DNA of 62,288 nt, counting the filler, from Perkinsus olseni (lineage: Eukaryota), in the NCBI GenBank assembly GCA_013115125.1. It is 14 parts of 14 records of this genome, joined end to end, with 100 filler letters (N's around TTAATTAATTAA, not from the genome) between each part and the next. Parts side by side here need not be neighbours in the genome. Positions count along the whole stretch, not along the records: positions 44,738 to 49,058 come from JABANN010001289.1; positions 49,159 to 53,470 come from JABANN010001290.1; positions 53,571 to 57,881 come from JABANN010001291.1; positions 57,982 to 62,288 come from JABANN010001292.1; 10 more parts are not named here. One strand, 5' to 3'. A program made the position numbers and the translations under genes. Below, piece by piece: positions 48,289-59,239 of this stretch; position 1 is the first letter of the stretch; the number at the start of each line of letters is the position of its first letter. The notes under the pieces were generated by a model that had not been told where the DNA came from, searched no databases, and was given only the letters and a program-made list of their open reading frames with translations.

Positions 48289-49058
48289 GGGGCCTATTTC
48301 ATAGGACGATTTTCCTTAAGATCCTAAGGGGTTAGGACGCCTTTCTAGGCCTTATGGCTTTCACATGGACCGATTCCTAAGCTTAGGACATAAGGGTAGG
48401 ACATTAGGATCTTAACATTTAGGATTTAGGAATTAGGACGCGGTTATGACATTAGGATAGGCGGTTAGGACGTATGGATTTCACGAGGCACTTTTCCTAA
48501 CGTTAGGACGCGTTGTTTAGGACAACATCGTAAAGTACCTCGGGGGGTACTTAATAGGCATCCTAACCGCGAAAATGGTAGCCGTGACACCTTCCGCTCC
48601 GCTAGAAGCTCCCCGGTTCTCTCCCGGCACATGTCAAATCTTCGGGACTTGTGTATTTTTGCAAGTTTAATTTTAGCGGCGTGCTGTGCAGTCTGTCTGG
48701 AAGTGCACTGCGAGTTGCAGACTGCAATCCTTGCAGTACTTTTCTCGTAGGTCTAGCGCCTGAGGTAGTCAACAAGGTCTCATCTTCATGGCCCGCGATT
48801 CAAGTGTTGCAGCTCGATAGGTTAAGTAACGCGTCTGTCACCCGCGAGACCGTCGGTTCGAATCTGGTAAATCACATTTTTCTCCTTTTTTGCTTGGTAT
48901 GGTAGGTTAGGACGTCTTTATCCTGAGATAAGGACGTCTTTAAAATTAGGATCCTACTGTCCTTTAAGGATTTTCATGTGAAACTGCTTGACTCTTTTAA
49001 GGACGTCCTAAGGTTAGGATCCTATTTTTAAAGACGTCCTAAATCCTAACCGGTTAGG
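48289..49058. mobile_element. MITE-like element with TAGGA(C) motif arrays around a unique core; right end missing
   Basis: Starts GGGGCCTATTTCA (Harbinger-like end, inference). Dense TTAGGA/TCCTAA motifs in both orientations at ~48300-48570 and 48900-49058. Confidence 0.6.
48803..48891 (+). ncRNA. tRNA-Asp(GTC)-like cloverleaf with a downstream oligo-T terminator
   Basis: Anticodon arm CGCG/CGCG with loop CT-GTC-AC. T arm GTCGG-TTCGAAT-CTGGT pairs fully with G:U. Acceptor stem is imperfect. T5 and T6 runs follow. Confidence 0.68.
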
Positions 49059-51320
49059 NNNNNNNNNNNNNNNNNNNNNNNNNNNNNNNNNNNNNNNNNN
49101 NNTTAATTAATTAANNNNNNNNNNNNNNNNNNNNNNNNNNNNNNNNNNNNNNNNNNNNTGAACCGGGTATTGTGTTATCTAGTACCGTGGTCGGTATAGG
49201 GAGCTCTTTAAATAAAACGCGATCCACAACAAAATCATTAAAAAATCATAGACCAGGAATCAGGGAAGCCCTCAGTTCCAAGAGTCCTCAAGCCTTCTCT
49301 TCCTCGACTCACAGGGCGGAGACGTATCTTCACGGCGCGATGACGAAGAAGCCCCAGACTTGCGTTGGGAATAAGCTTGGCCCAGCTCCTTGAGAGTATC
49401 AAAGACACCATCTACACTGGCGGGAGCCTCACGCAGTTTCTTGTACATACCAGGGTCCTCATCAGCCCAATAAGTACCAGCACCACGATGAGCACGGTCC
49501 ACAGCTTCCCAACTAGTCTTGCACCATTCATCATTACGAAGCTTGAAGGCAGCAGGCAAGTACTTAGATAGAACTCCCTTAGAACTCGTCGAGGTAGAAG
49601 AGTCCTCGTGAAGAGCCCTATTAACAGCAATGGTCTTGTTGTGACCCAGTAGATGACCATACTTTGCCTCATTCACGGTAAGTCCACTGCGACGGCCCTT
49701 CTCATCACGAACGTGAGAGAGGAAACTCTTGTCAGACCTACCAATGAAGAGCAAAGTCCCTTCACGGATCGGACAATCCGCAGCCTGTCTCATCAACTTG
49801 AAGAGTCCTTCTTCACAATGCTTGCGACAGCAGTATACCAGATGAGCATTAGTAGAAGGGTAGCCCTTCGGGTCCATGTCCTTGACCAAATTTATAGCCA
49901 TCACGGGAAGAGTGTTAGCGTCGATGCACCATCTTAGAAGTCCTCCTGCCGTAGGCAGCCAATCCCTGTACGGACGATCCTTAGTCGGCCCAGCAAGAAG
50001 TCCACTGACGAACAGTACACGTCCACCAGCAGAAGCCTCAAGCATCGAAGGCGAAAATAGTCCAGCCACCACATTAGACTTGACCGGGTGAGGGCCATTA
50101 AGTAGGGAGTAACAGTCCTCGCCAAGGTCGTGTCGGAGGGCATTTAACTTTTGACGCCAAAGAAGCACATCTTGGTCATTCTCGGACACGTAGTAGTCCT
50201 TCAACCAGCCCAGACGCTGCTCCAAGTTGCCTTGCTTATACCGAGGGAATAAGAACTGCAGCGTATGATGGTGATTCTCCTCAAAAGAGCCCGAATCCTG
50301 ACCCAACTTAGCAGAGCCCATAGCAGCATCAGCCACTTGAGACGGCCGTTCCCCTACAACAGGGGATTCTCGTTGCGCAAGGCGCTCTGGCGTGGGGGTA
50401 TCTTCTTGCAGTGGGGGCAACGGTCCAACACCAGCACCGGTATCACCCTCAGCCTCGGCATTAGCGGAATCATCGGCCACCGGCTCAGCCGCAGTAGGAC
50501 GGTCCTCAACGTCATCGTCCGCGAATACCGGGGGTTGAGCACGGCGCTCCCACGTAGGTCCCTTGGCCCACCGAGACGGTGTAGTTGCCGAGGGCCTCGC
50601 CGAAGAAGCAGCCTCTGTAGCCGAAGTCCTCGCCCGCAGATTAACCGGACGGGTCTCACTGACGAATTCAACGTCAGAGGATACCGAAGACCGAGCAGGC
50701 ATAGGCCACGGAGAAACAGCAGGGATACGACAACCGGCCCACGCCTCGCGCTTTCGCTCATTCTCACGAGACCGAGCGATAGTACCAAACGACTCAGGGC
50801 CCACGACACCACGACGGACATAGTCTAGAGCAGAAGCAAGTCCATCAGGGTAAGGAAGCCCATTGAAGACACAAATCTCTTGTAGGAGAACCACTTGTGC
50901 GGGGGTGAGAGTAGCCGATTCCTTGAGGAACCATGGCGCCCAGTCAGCCTTCAGAGTGTAATACTGATGCTTCAAAACCTGATATAGGTCCCAGGTCGCT
51001 CGAGTCCACCTCTCCGTGAGGATAGAGTCTGATATCCTCATGGGCGCCGGCTCGCCTCTAGAACGGGGAACCTCCATTCATACATCGCTGTTTCATACAT
51101 TGTAGGTTTCGTCCACGATTGTTTCATCCATGGTAGGGTTCATCCTGCTTGTTTCGTCCATGTTACTTCCGTCCATCCTCTTTCATACACGTCTCTTTCG
51201 TCCACGGGTCTTACGTACATGATTCTTTCATCCACGCCGTTTCGTCCAATCATGCTCTAACTCCGCTTCTTTCTTCCAGGGCTTTTCGTACAAGCCTTTC
51301 GTACATGTGCGTTTCGTCCA

Positions 51321-51374
51321 CGCTACTTTTAGACATATGTGACGCCGCGGCGTCACATATGTCTAAAAGTAGCG
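51321..51374. repeat. Perfect 54-bp palindrome, no spacer
   Basis: CGCTACTTTTAGACATATGTGACGCCG is followed by its exact reverse complement. Confidence 0.97.
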
Positions 51375-51419
51375 CGCGGCGGCTGCGCCGCCGGCGCCAT
51401 CACTGCCGCCATTACCATC

Positions 51420-51492
51420 TACCCCTACCCAGATTTGAACCTGGGACCATCGTCATGCTAGCCGGGAGCTCTACCAATTCCGCTATTACCAT
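51420..51492 (-). ncRNA. tRNA-derived (Ala-AGC-like) Pol III cassette inside the MITE
   Basis: TAGCGGAATTGGTAGAGC, loop CT-AGC-AT, CCCAG-GTTCAAAT-CTGGG hairpin. Acceptor and anticodon stems are decayed. Confidence 0.6.
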
Positions 51493-53397
51493 CTCCTACC
51501 ACAACCTAAGAATCTCACCGCCGACTCTACTGGTGAGTCACCAGTGGTGACGATCTAGCACCCCCCACATCAGGTTTTCTCTGTGGTGATCCCAGTGCCT
51601 AGAGGCTCCAACCACGAATGGAGCCAAGTTGAATAGGTTGGGTATCGCATGGGTGGTACTCTGTCGGAGTTCAGTAGGAGTCTTACAGCTGAGTAGGTTA
51701 GCAGCTCATGCTCGTCCTCCCGAGGTCGTGGGTTCATTTCCTCCGATAAACATTTGCGTGCCGTCAGTTTCATATGTACGAACCGCTATTGGACGAATGA
51801 ATTTTTTTCGAAAAGATCGTGGCCGAATAGATCACAACGAGCATATCTTTGGATCATCCGCCCATGGACGAAATAATCGCGTACGAAACCGGTTATGGAC
51901 GAAAAAATCGTGACCGAAACATACACTTTTTCGATGTACGAAAAGATCATGAATGAACCGAAATTTGTACGAAACAATCTTGGATCGAAGCTGCAGTGGA
52001 CCAATTGATCATGGACGAATCGCGGTACACCCCTCTAGAAACATCAGCCCGTGACGGAGTAGCCGGGGTTTGGAAAGTGGTATACAAGGGACCTTGAACC
52101 GAACGGTAGGGAGTACCAAGCACCGGATCTCGACGTCGGGGATCAGCCCTCGATGACGATGAGGCAGTCGTGGCTGGCAAGGGCACCAGAGAGTCCATCC
52201 GGAACGCTTGCACAGCCTTCAGCGCCGCATCAACCTCCTCATTCCACGGGCAAGTACCGGCCTTAAGCTCGAAGGGGTCATACGCCGGAAAACCAAGGGG
52301 GCGGCAGCTATGTTCATCACACAACCGCCAAACGATCAGTAAGCCCAGCGCGGTATGGATATACATTCCCATAGTGCCCTTAGAGTTCTCCAACGCCGCT
52401 CCCAGACACTTAGAGAGATCACCCAGCAGCGAAGGCCCATCAACCTTCGATGCAGCATCCAAAAGGCCTTGAGCGGTCCAACCCAGCAGCAGTGAATGAG
52501 TTAGGAAGCAGTAAGGGAAGGCCTTCAGCTGTCGCGGAAAGGTCCCACGGGTCGCATCGTCATCAATCTTGTCGTGAAGACAGTCCAAATGAAACGAATA
52601 ACCCGGAGCACCGACATGTCGTTGGAAAGCCGCCAACAGACCCTTAAGGTCACCCGCGGCGGGCCACGAGAAGTCGAAGTCCCTGACCTTATCAGATGAC
52701 CGATATCCTTGGCCGATACTCGCTGTCCAATTCGCAACCGGTAGCACTTGAGCACAGATGTCGCAATAGTAAATACCTTCGAACGAGCACCAAATACCGC
52801 AGCCCAAAGCATGCGTCAAAGGGTCCATCTCCTCAGGATCAATCCGACCATCCAAGTACGCTAAGGGAAGGAACAAAGCAGAGTCCAACCCAGCAGCCAC
52901 CTGTAACAACTGCACCGATTCTTGAGCCCTTGGGAACGTAGCACCAACCATACGATCTAACACCTCGGGGTACATGAAGGGAGACCCAAAAGCCAAACAA
53001 GCCCGCTGAAGTCGCGAGCGAGTGGAAGCCCTTTCCCACGTAGGCGAACAACGTGCTGACATGTAAAACCCAGCGCGTAGCAACTGCGTATGAGCAGGAC
53101 GAGGGTCCTGCCAGTGCTCTAGCCCCGAAGGGCGCACACCTCCCAGCTGCTCAGGCAGAAGGGGGCGTTCCTTATCAGTGTCCTCATTAAGATAACGGTG
53201 ACGATGCAACCAGTAGCGCCTTCCAGCCACCGGGGTTGGGGGATGATCAAAGCCCATTGCACGAACGAGGTCTTGGATATGACGACCGATACCCTCAGGT
53301 TCGTAGCAGTTGACCAAATTCCTCACCGTCGGAATCATAAGAACCGGAAGGTTGGTAGAGTTGTTACCAGTCCTGTCGGGAGTCATAGTCCAACGAA

Positions 53398-53470
53398 CTA
53401 GGCACACACACGCAGCAAAGCCGCTAGCCGTGCGATGTCGAGTCTGGCTTCATTGTGTTGCGATGGAGGT
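53398..53470 (+). repeat. End of an unassembled repeat; related copy on the - strand at 53581-53652
   Basis: CTAGGCAC..CGCAGCAAAGCCGCTAG..GTGCGAT..TCATTGTGTTGCGATG is shared. Both copies truncate an ORF at a contig end. Confidence 0.8.
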
Positions 53471-53649
53471 NNNNNNNNNNNNNNNNNNNNNNNNNNNNNN
53501 NNNNNNNNNNNNNNTTAATTAATTAANNNNNNNNNNNNNNNNNNNNNNNNNNNNNNNNNNNNNNNNNNNNGACTAATACGACCTTCATCGCAACACAATG
53601 AATGTCTAACTCGAGATCGCACGTCTAGCGGCTTTGCTGCGAGCGTGCC

Positions 53650-55183
53650 TAGATACTAACATTATCATAGACTTCATTAACCTTCTTAACATAAGCATTC
53701 TTGCCCTTGTTTTACCCTTATTCTTCTTAGAATTAGGCTTCTGGTAATCGTCCTTCTTAGAGTTCTTAAACGCTTTCTCGGCCTCGTAGAACTTGGCAGA
53801 AAAATAGTCATAAGTACATAACGATACACCATAGTCCACCTTGTTCAGAATAATAAGTAACTGCTGGAAAACTAGCTTAGGCTCCTTCGGATAGTCAGTC
53901 TGTCCATAAACCATATATGAGAAAGACATAGCTTCATAAAGCATTTGTCTAACCGAAATTAAACTATCATCAGTAATCATAACTTCCAAAGGATGATAAA
54001 TAAGCTCCATCATAACCTTCAGCCTTGACGCATAAGAAAGAATCTCATAAATATCTCCCTTATATAGCTTGGCTAAGGTCGTAAAAACTTGGCTCTCCAT
54101 CATAACAATATCATTAAATCTAACAACTCCAAATTTAATAGTAGACCATTTCATATTCAAATATTCAGATATCTTAGACGCCAACAAATCTGCTTCTGGG
54201 ACAACAAACCTCTTACTCAGCATAATACTCAGATTACGGCATGACTCCTTCATATAGTCAGTGAATAGCTTCCTATCCAAAGTCCATTTACGTTGCTTCT
54301 CCTCAGACCAGGAATCCACCTGATATTCGGATGTTCCAACATAAGGGACCCACTTAGTAATAACAGAGCCAGAGGGTTCTGAAGAATTGGATATAAGAAC
54401 CAACCACTTATCCCGTAACTCCTTAGTCAGTGAGGAAGGTACCAAATAAACCAGAGTAGCCAATATGAGAGCTGGGTGAGGACACTTTGCTTGAGCAGTA
54501 TTAAGTTTAGCAGAAACTTGAGACCACCAATACTCGCCTTGAGAAGTAGAAGGAATCCCTTCATAAGGCTTCAAGGACCAGTCCTTGCAAAAGGCTACCA
54601 CATCACAACCATGATCCCATTTCTTCGAAGAGGAAGATGAGGACGACCAGGAAGACGATTCATGGTGTGGAAGGGGATTAGCCACGAGCCAAGGATTAAT
54701 ACCATCAACACCCAAAACCTTCTTAACGGTTTCAAAGAAGACATCATTAAACTCATTAAGGAGAGCATCGGAGCCATCAAAGGTTTTACCAACAAAAAAA
54801 TCAGGGGTACAGTCAGGATTTGACCAATCCTTAGAAGTATAATAAGAAGCATACCATTCCTTAAACCACGAAGGTTCAGAAACAACAGAAGCCGAGACCT
54901 CACCGGGTTCAAGAGGAGGACCCTTACTACCATTCGTAATAGCCAACAGAGGCTCCAAACTAGGATAAACCTCAAGCGTAGGCGAAGCAGCAGTATTAGG
55001 GCTCATAACGACTCCAGTGCCGGACGGTGCATCATCTTGGAGGACGGCATCCTTGTACGTCTTCTTATTAGTAGAGGGACTGTTATCTCCGTAATTACTC
55101 ATTGGAACACAACCAGAGGAGGAAAATAAACCTGCAAACTCATAGTTATCGTAATGGAGGAAACTACTCTCCACTAGCGTCAT
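53650..55183 (-). CDS. Gag-like ORF of the 285-bp-LTR element
   Basis: Long ORF that starts in the 5' LTR and reads through the PBS. Lys-rich C-terminus with a probable frameshift near 53710, then a repeat insertion. Confidence 0.75.
55020..55034 (-). promoter_or_regulatory. Candidate primer-binding site TGATGCACCGTCCGG (tRNA-Gly 3'-end-like, one mismatch to TGG)
   Basis: Immediately follows the 5' LTR. Resembles the complement of a ...CCGGACGGTGCACCA tRNA end (from memory; not verified in this genome). Confidence 0.5.
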
Positions 55184-55319
55184 TGTGTTAGGCTGAGCGA
55201 ATCACTTAAGAATCATAATAGACAGCCCGTCACAATAATCAAAGAAAATACAATAATAATGCCAAGGCTCGGGATCGAACCCGGAGCCTCCATCGGCGCA
55301 CCGAGCACATAGTGCTACA
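55035..55319 (-). repeat. 5' LTR, 285 bp, matching 18552-18836
   Basis: Precedes the PBS and gag. Upstream flank ends in ATTT. Confidence 0.88.
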
Positions 55320-55431
55320 AAATCCAAAGTAGTCCTCTGCGGGAGACAAAGTGTACGTCACCGTTATTCATCGCAAGGGGTCGGTGACAGGCACTGTAGT
55401 GCCGGGTTTCCCGTGAATGTTTTTGTTCTTT

Positions 55432-55670
55432 TGTACAACCTCTTGTAGTGACCACTCATCAAGAGTTCCCCCTACTTAGGGAGTCCCTAATAGGGACCCT
55501 CAACAAGAGTGGGCACTTGAGTCACTCAAGCTGAGTGTGCACAAGGCCCTTAGTGGAATTCCACAATGAGTCTGGAGCTTGGTTTTGGCCCGAAGTTTCC
55601 GGGTCCTTGGAGGGAAGTGGATGTCACTCAGTGTCACTGATTCAGTGAGACTCACTGTGAGAATCTCACA
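55432..55670 (-). repeat. Candidate LTR of a third family (TG...CA, 239 bp, palindrome-rich)
   Basis: TG/CA ends. Preceded on the - strand by a decayed integrase-tail-like STTRQTRPV. Ends where Ngaro-like host sequence begins. Confidence 0.5.
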
Positions 55671-56197
55671 TCCGCAGACCTCTTCCAGCGAGTTCGTACG
55701 AGAGCTTCGGACCTCCCCAAACCTGCAGCGGCTGCGGAAAGTCGCTTAGCCCGAATTGACTACGACAGTTCAAACAGGACGCGTTTGACGCGTCGTGCTC
55801 AACAGTCGGCTTCGCAGTCGGGCGCTCGTCCACCGCATTAGGAATACGGAACCAGTGGCGAGGTGAGACTGTCCCTACTCCGACTACTCCGAGATGAACA
55901 TCGAGTGAGCAAATCAAACTGTCCGCAAAGAACTACCGGTTTCTCGTGGGGTTAGAGCCCGGGCCCCAAATTATGCTAATGCGGTAACTTCACTCCAATG
56001 GTCCGTAGACAAACCGCGTTCGAGTGACCATAGCCGCCACATCGTAGGGAAACTACCTAAAAGACCTCGGAAGTGGGCCCGAGCTCAGCGGGAGGGTGGA
56101 CCGAATAAGTCTGACAGATCCCGACGTACAACAGTTGTCCGAGCTGACGCCGCCTGGCAGGTGGCGCCTGCCGTATCGACTGTCAATGACGAGTAAG

Positions 56198-56355
56198 CAG
56201 GGATGGCCAGACTACCCCGTTCACTGAATATATACCATTTTTAGACCTACTTAGTGAAACCCCTGAGCGAATCAGTAAAACCCCAGAGCAATTTAGTGAG
56301 GCCCGGACCAAATTAGTAAAAACTCAGAGCAATTCAATAAAGCCCAGACTAAATA
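56198..56355 (+). mobile_element. hAT-like MITE end with ~21-bp degenerate tandem repeats
   Basis: CAGGGATGGCCA start; about five TTAGTRARRCCC..AGCAA-like units. Confidence 0.4.
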
Positions 56356-56477
56356 ATTGAAGCGGATGGGTTCGAGGCATCTGCTGATATTGACGACTCC
56401 TACGATGAAGCCTGGGGAGAAGATGTGGGTCGGAGCACAAATAGACCGACCAAAGAAAGGCATTGGAAGTTCCAGCG

Positions 56478-56524
56478 GAGCTTCTTCAAGAGGGTTCCAA
56501 TTTGGAACCCTCTTGAAGAAGCTC
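56478..56524. repeat. Perfect palindrome, 23-bp arms with a 1-nt spacer
   Basis: GAGCTTCTTCAAGAGGGTTCCAA-T-TTGGAACCCTCTTGAAGAAGCTC. Confidence 0.97.
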
Positions 56525-57046
56525 GTCGATAGTTTGCAAAGCCTCCTTGCTACCTTTAGCAGGCCACCATTAAGTTTTCGGGGTCTACATTACCCACCAT
56601 GTCGTCTGTAAGGACAGTTAGTAGCCGCCAGTTACCCGAGGATTGAGTTGGAAGCTCCAGCAAGCGGTCACGGCAAGGTATACAAGTAACGTCGACCTTT
56701 GGTATCCTCTGTCGAGAAGTACTTCAAGCACTCCTTGGTGGTGGACGGCGAGGACGACATCGTTGGTCATATATCTGTTGCTGCATCATTCTTGGATCAT
56801 CGACACACTACTACTGACTCAGTAGTACTGAGTCTACTGTCGATGGTAAGCGCATCATAGGGGCCGTGGTGGAGTATTTCGGTAGATACCGATGATCGAT
56901 AATCGATGATTCTTGCTAAGCAGTTTGCAGCGACGGAGCCTGTCTACATCTGATGAAACCCCGACCACCCTGTCGAAGGAACTCCAGTATAAATGTATCT
57001 TCTTAACTTCTGTGTCGCTGACGCGATTTGCTGGAGTTTCTACGAC

Positions 57047-57603
57047 CAGTAAGTGTTGAGCAACTCAACACGTCACGTCAACTCAAGTTGAGTTGACAAA
57101 CTCTGCAGATAAGAAGAAACAGGTTGTTTGGTAATCCGTTCCCTTCTTCCGTAAGCGTACCGTGCTACGGTTGGCTCTCGTAGTCCGTACCGCTCCGTAG
57201 TAAAAACCGTAAATTTGTCCATCTCTAGTGTTGAAGAACCTAGATGTTATACGGGGCCTTTGAGCTTGAATCACGTTCTTGACGCTCTATAATCATGGAT
57301 CATTACGCTATATCCCGTTTCTTATCATGAATACAGACCGCGGCTGGGAGGCGGTGACGCAGGCAGCTATCATGGCTGACCTGGATATACTGTACTCCTT
57401 CACGGTGAGGATAGCTTTTCGTACAGCGACCACCAGTACGAGTGGTAACTGTACCAGAAGACACTGTACGAGGACCAACTGTATCATCTGATACGAGACG
57501 ATAATTGGATGTGCTAATGTATTGTGTACCAGTTTGATTACAAATGTTCTGTTCTGGAACAAAACGTTGAACGTTTGACTGGAACGTTGAGTTCTGGAAA
57601 CTG
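57047..57603. mobile_element. Possible MITE with CAGT...AACTCAAC inverted ends
   Basis: Imperfect inverted termini and repeated AACTCAAC. No TSD found. Confidence 0.35.
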
Positions 57604-57981
57604 TCCGTTGGATTGTCTCGACAGCGGGTGACGAGGCCTGAGAGATCTTCCCGGACTCTCAAGCAGTACTCAAGATCCAGTCGTCTCGAGCATTCTGGAT
57701 GCTGCATCCACGGCCCCTTGGGATAAGGCGAGACAGATCTATCTGCCCTTGTCCGAAATGCCCTTGTCCGTAAACTCAGGTTACGAAACACTGGAGATCT
57801 CTCAATTACGGGTGGGAATTTGTCAAGGTGGCTCATGCGATCCAGGTGGCCCAGCTAAAAAACTTGGTCGCGGGCACCAAGNNNNNNNNNNNNNNNNNNN
57901 NNNNNNNNNNNNNNNNNNNNNNNNNTTAATTAATTAANNNNNNNNNNNNNNNNNNNNNNNNNNNNNNNNNNNNNNNNNNNN

Positions 57982-59239
57982 AAGGGACAACCGTTGCGTA
58001 TCGCGCACGCCCGGCGTCACAGTAATATAGTATCGAACCCGCGCTACCGCGCATTTCTGGAAGTTCACCTCATCGAAGCCGATGCCGACGGCCCCGCCCT
58101 CAGACTTCTGACCACCCGCGTCCCGGAGGTCGAACTGGACAACCGTGGCAAAGACCAGCGAGTCGGGGTCAGCATCTCCGTGTGGGGTACCAGTGGTTGT
58201 ACGAAAGAGGGCCACCAAAGAACCGTATATGAGGTGAGAGCCTAAAGTGAAGTCCACCGGCCTTTGACAAGTGAAGGCGACTTGTACGTAGGGGTCGCCA
58301 GTGCTAGTGACCCCGAAGGGCTGAGGGAGAGCACTCACATGCTCGCAGCACATCGCCCTCGCGGGAGCTCCAGTGGCCGTAGCAAAGCCCAAGGAGTAGG
58401 AGAGGGCCTCCTTCAGTGGAAGGAGGAATTCTTGTCGCAAACAGTAGTAGTGGGTGGCCCTATACAAGAGGACCTCCGAATCCTTTGTGGCATCCCATTT
58501 CCCTGAAGGCCTGTTGACCAGCTTGGACTTCAACCTGCTCGGTGGGACATTGTCTTTAATCTCATCGAGCGTGGGCATGAGATTGAACTCATGCATGAGG
58601 GAGTCGCACTCGGCCTCCTCATCTGCACTGAGCGGGGATGGACCACCACTGCCTGCGCCCCGACGATTCTTTAGGATGCGCGAAGCGCCACCAGTCTTAT
58701 AGAACTCTATGCGTTGGAGTGGCACCTGCAGCGGCTCTTCAGTCGACCCGATGAGCCTCGCCTGCTCGCGGAACTTCTCAGTGGGAATCAAAGCGGCCGC
58801 TTTGGCGTCTACTCTTCCCACCTCTACTAGCACCTTCATACAGGACACCATCTGATCCATTGTACGGACGTCTTCCACGTAGTCAGGAGTGGCCACGACC
58901 AGGCTCGCGCTCAGGGCTCTCAGCACTTCGTCGAACTTGTCCTTGTCGAAAGCCTCGATGCACTTGGCAAGGAGGGAGAAGAGCGCATTCAACTCGAAGT
59001 CGTCGAAGTCTCTGATAAGTATTCAGCTTATCCTTCAGACGATGCACTTCCGATAAGCAAAAGTCGACGTTCTTATGGCCATTGAAGCGCCTGACGAACA
59101 CAGCAGCTTCACGATAACTTTCAATGCGATCTCGAGGTGGTGGCGGCTTGGCAGTAGAGTCACTCTCAGAGTTGTGAGAGAATCGGCAGGCTGTGCCGTT
59201 CCTGCATATCCCCCTCTGGTAGAAGCGGCAGATCGGCAT
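57982..59239 (-). CDS. ZNFX1-like (UPF1-family helicase) 5' part with an N-terminal CCCH finger; frameshift near 59020; 3' truncated
   Basis: CRFYQRGICRNGTACRFSH. LMPTLDEI, THYYCLRQEFLLPLKEAL, LIYGSLVALF..VFATV match the ZNFX1 pre-helicase region as I recall it. Confidence 0.7.

Larger units (their letters stand above)
51064..52031. mobile_element. ~970-bp non-autonomous DNA transposon with an 8-9 bp TSD (MULE- or hAT-like)
   Basis: CCTCTAGAA at 51055-51063 and 52032-52040. Imperfect TIR (15/21). Inverted subterminal arrays: TTTCGTCCA left, TGGACGAAA/GTACGAAA right. Confidence 0.85.
49272..53400 (-). pseudogene. Unknown ~1050-aa ORF split by a MITE (ORFs 51947-53407 and 49272-51077)
   Basis: Both ORFs read TCT AGA GG in frame at the duplicated target. 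Excision gives ...ADVSRGEPAPMRISD... Confidence 0.8.

Noticed and set aside
48300-49058. Telomeric or interstitial telomeric repeat
   Set aside because: Motifs are TTAGGA(C), dispersed and in both orientations around a unique core. They fit transposon subterminal repeats better.
51075-51320. CRISPR-like repeat-spacer array
   Set aside because: Units are ~9-12 nt degenerate motifs without unique spacers, in a eukaryotic context with no cas genes.
54998-55009. GTTATGAGCCCT, like the Ty5/copia half-tRNA-iMet primer site
   Set aside because: It lies 25 nt inside from the LTR end and within coding sequence. A better-placed 3'-end tRNA-type PBS abuts the LTR.
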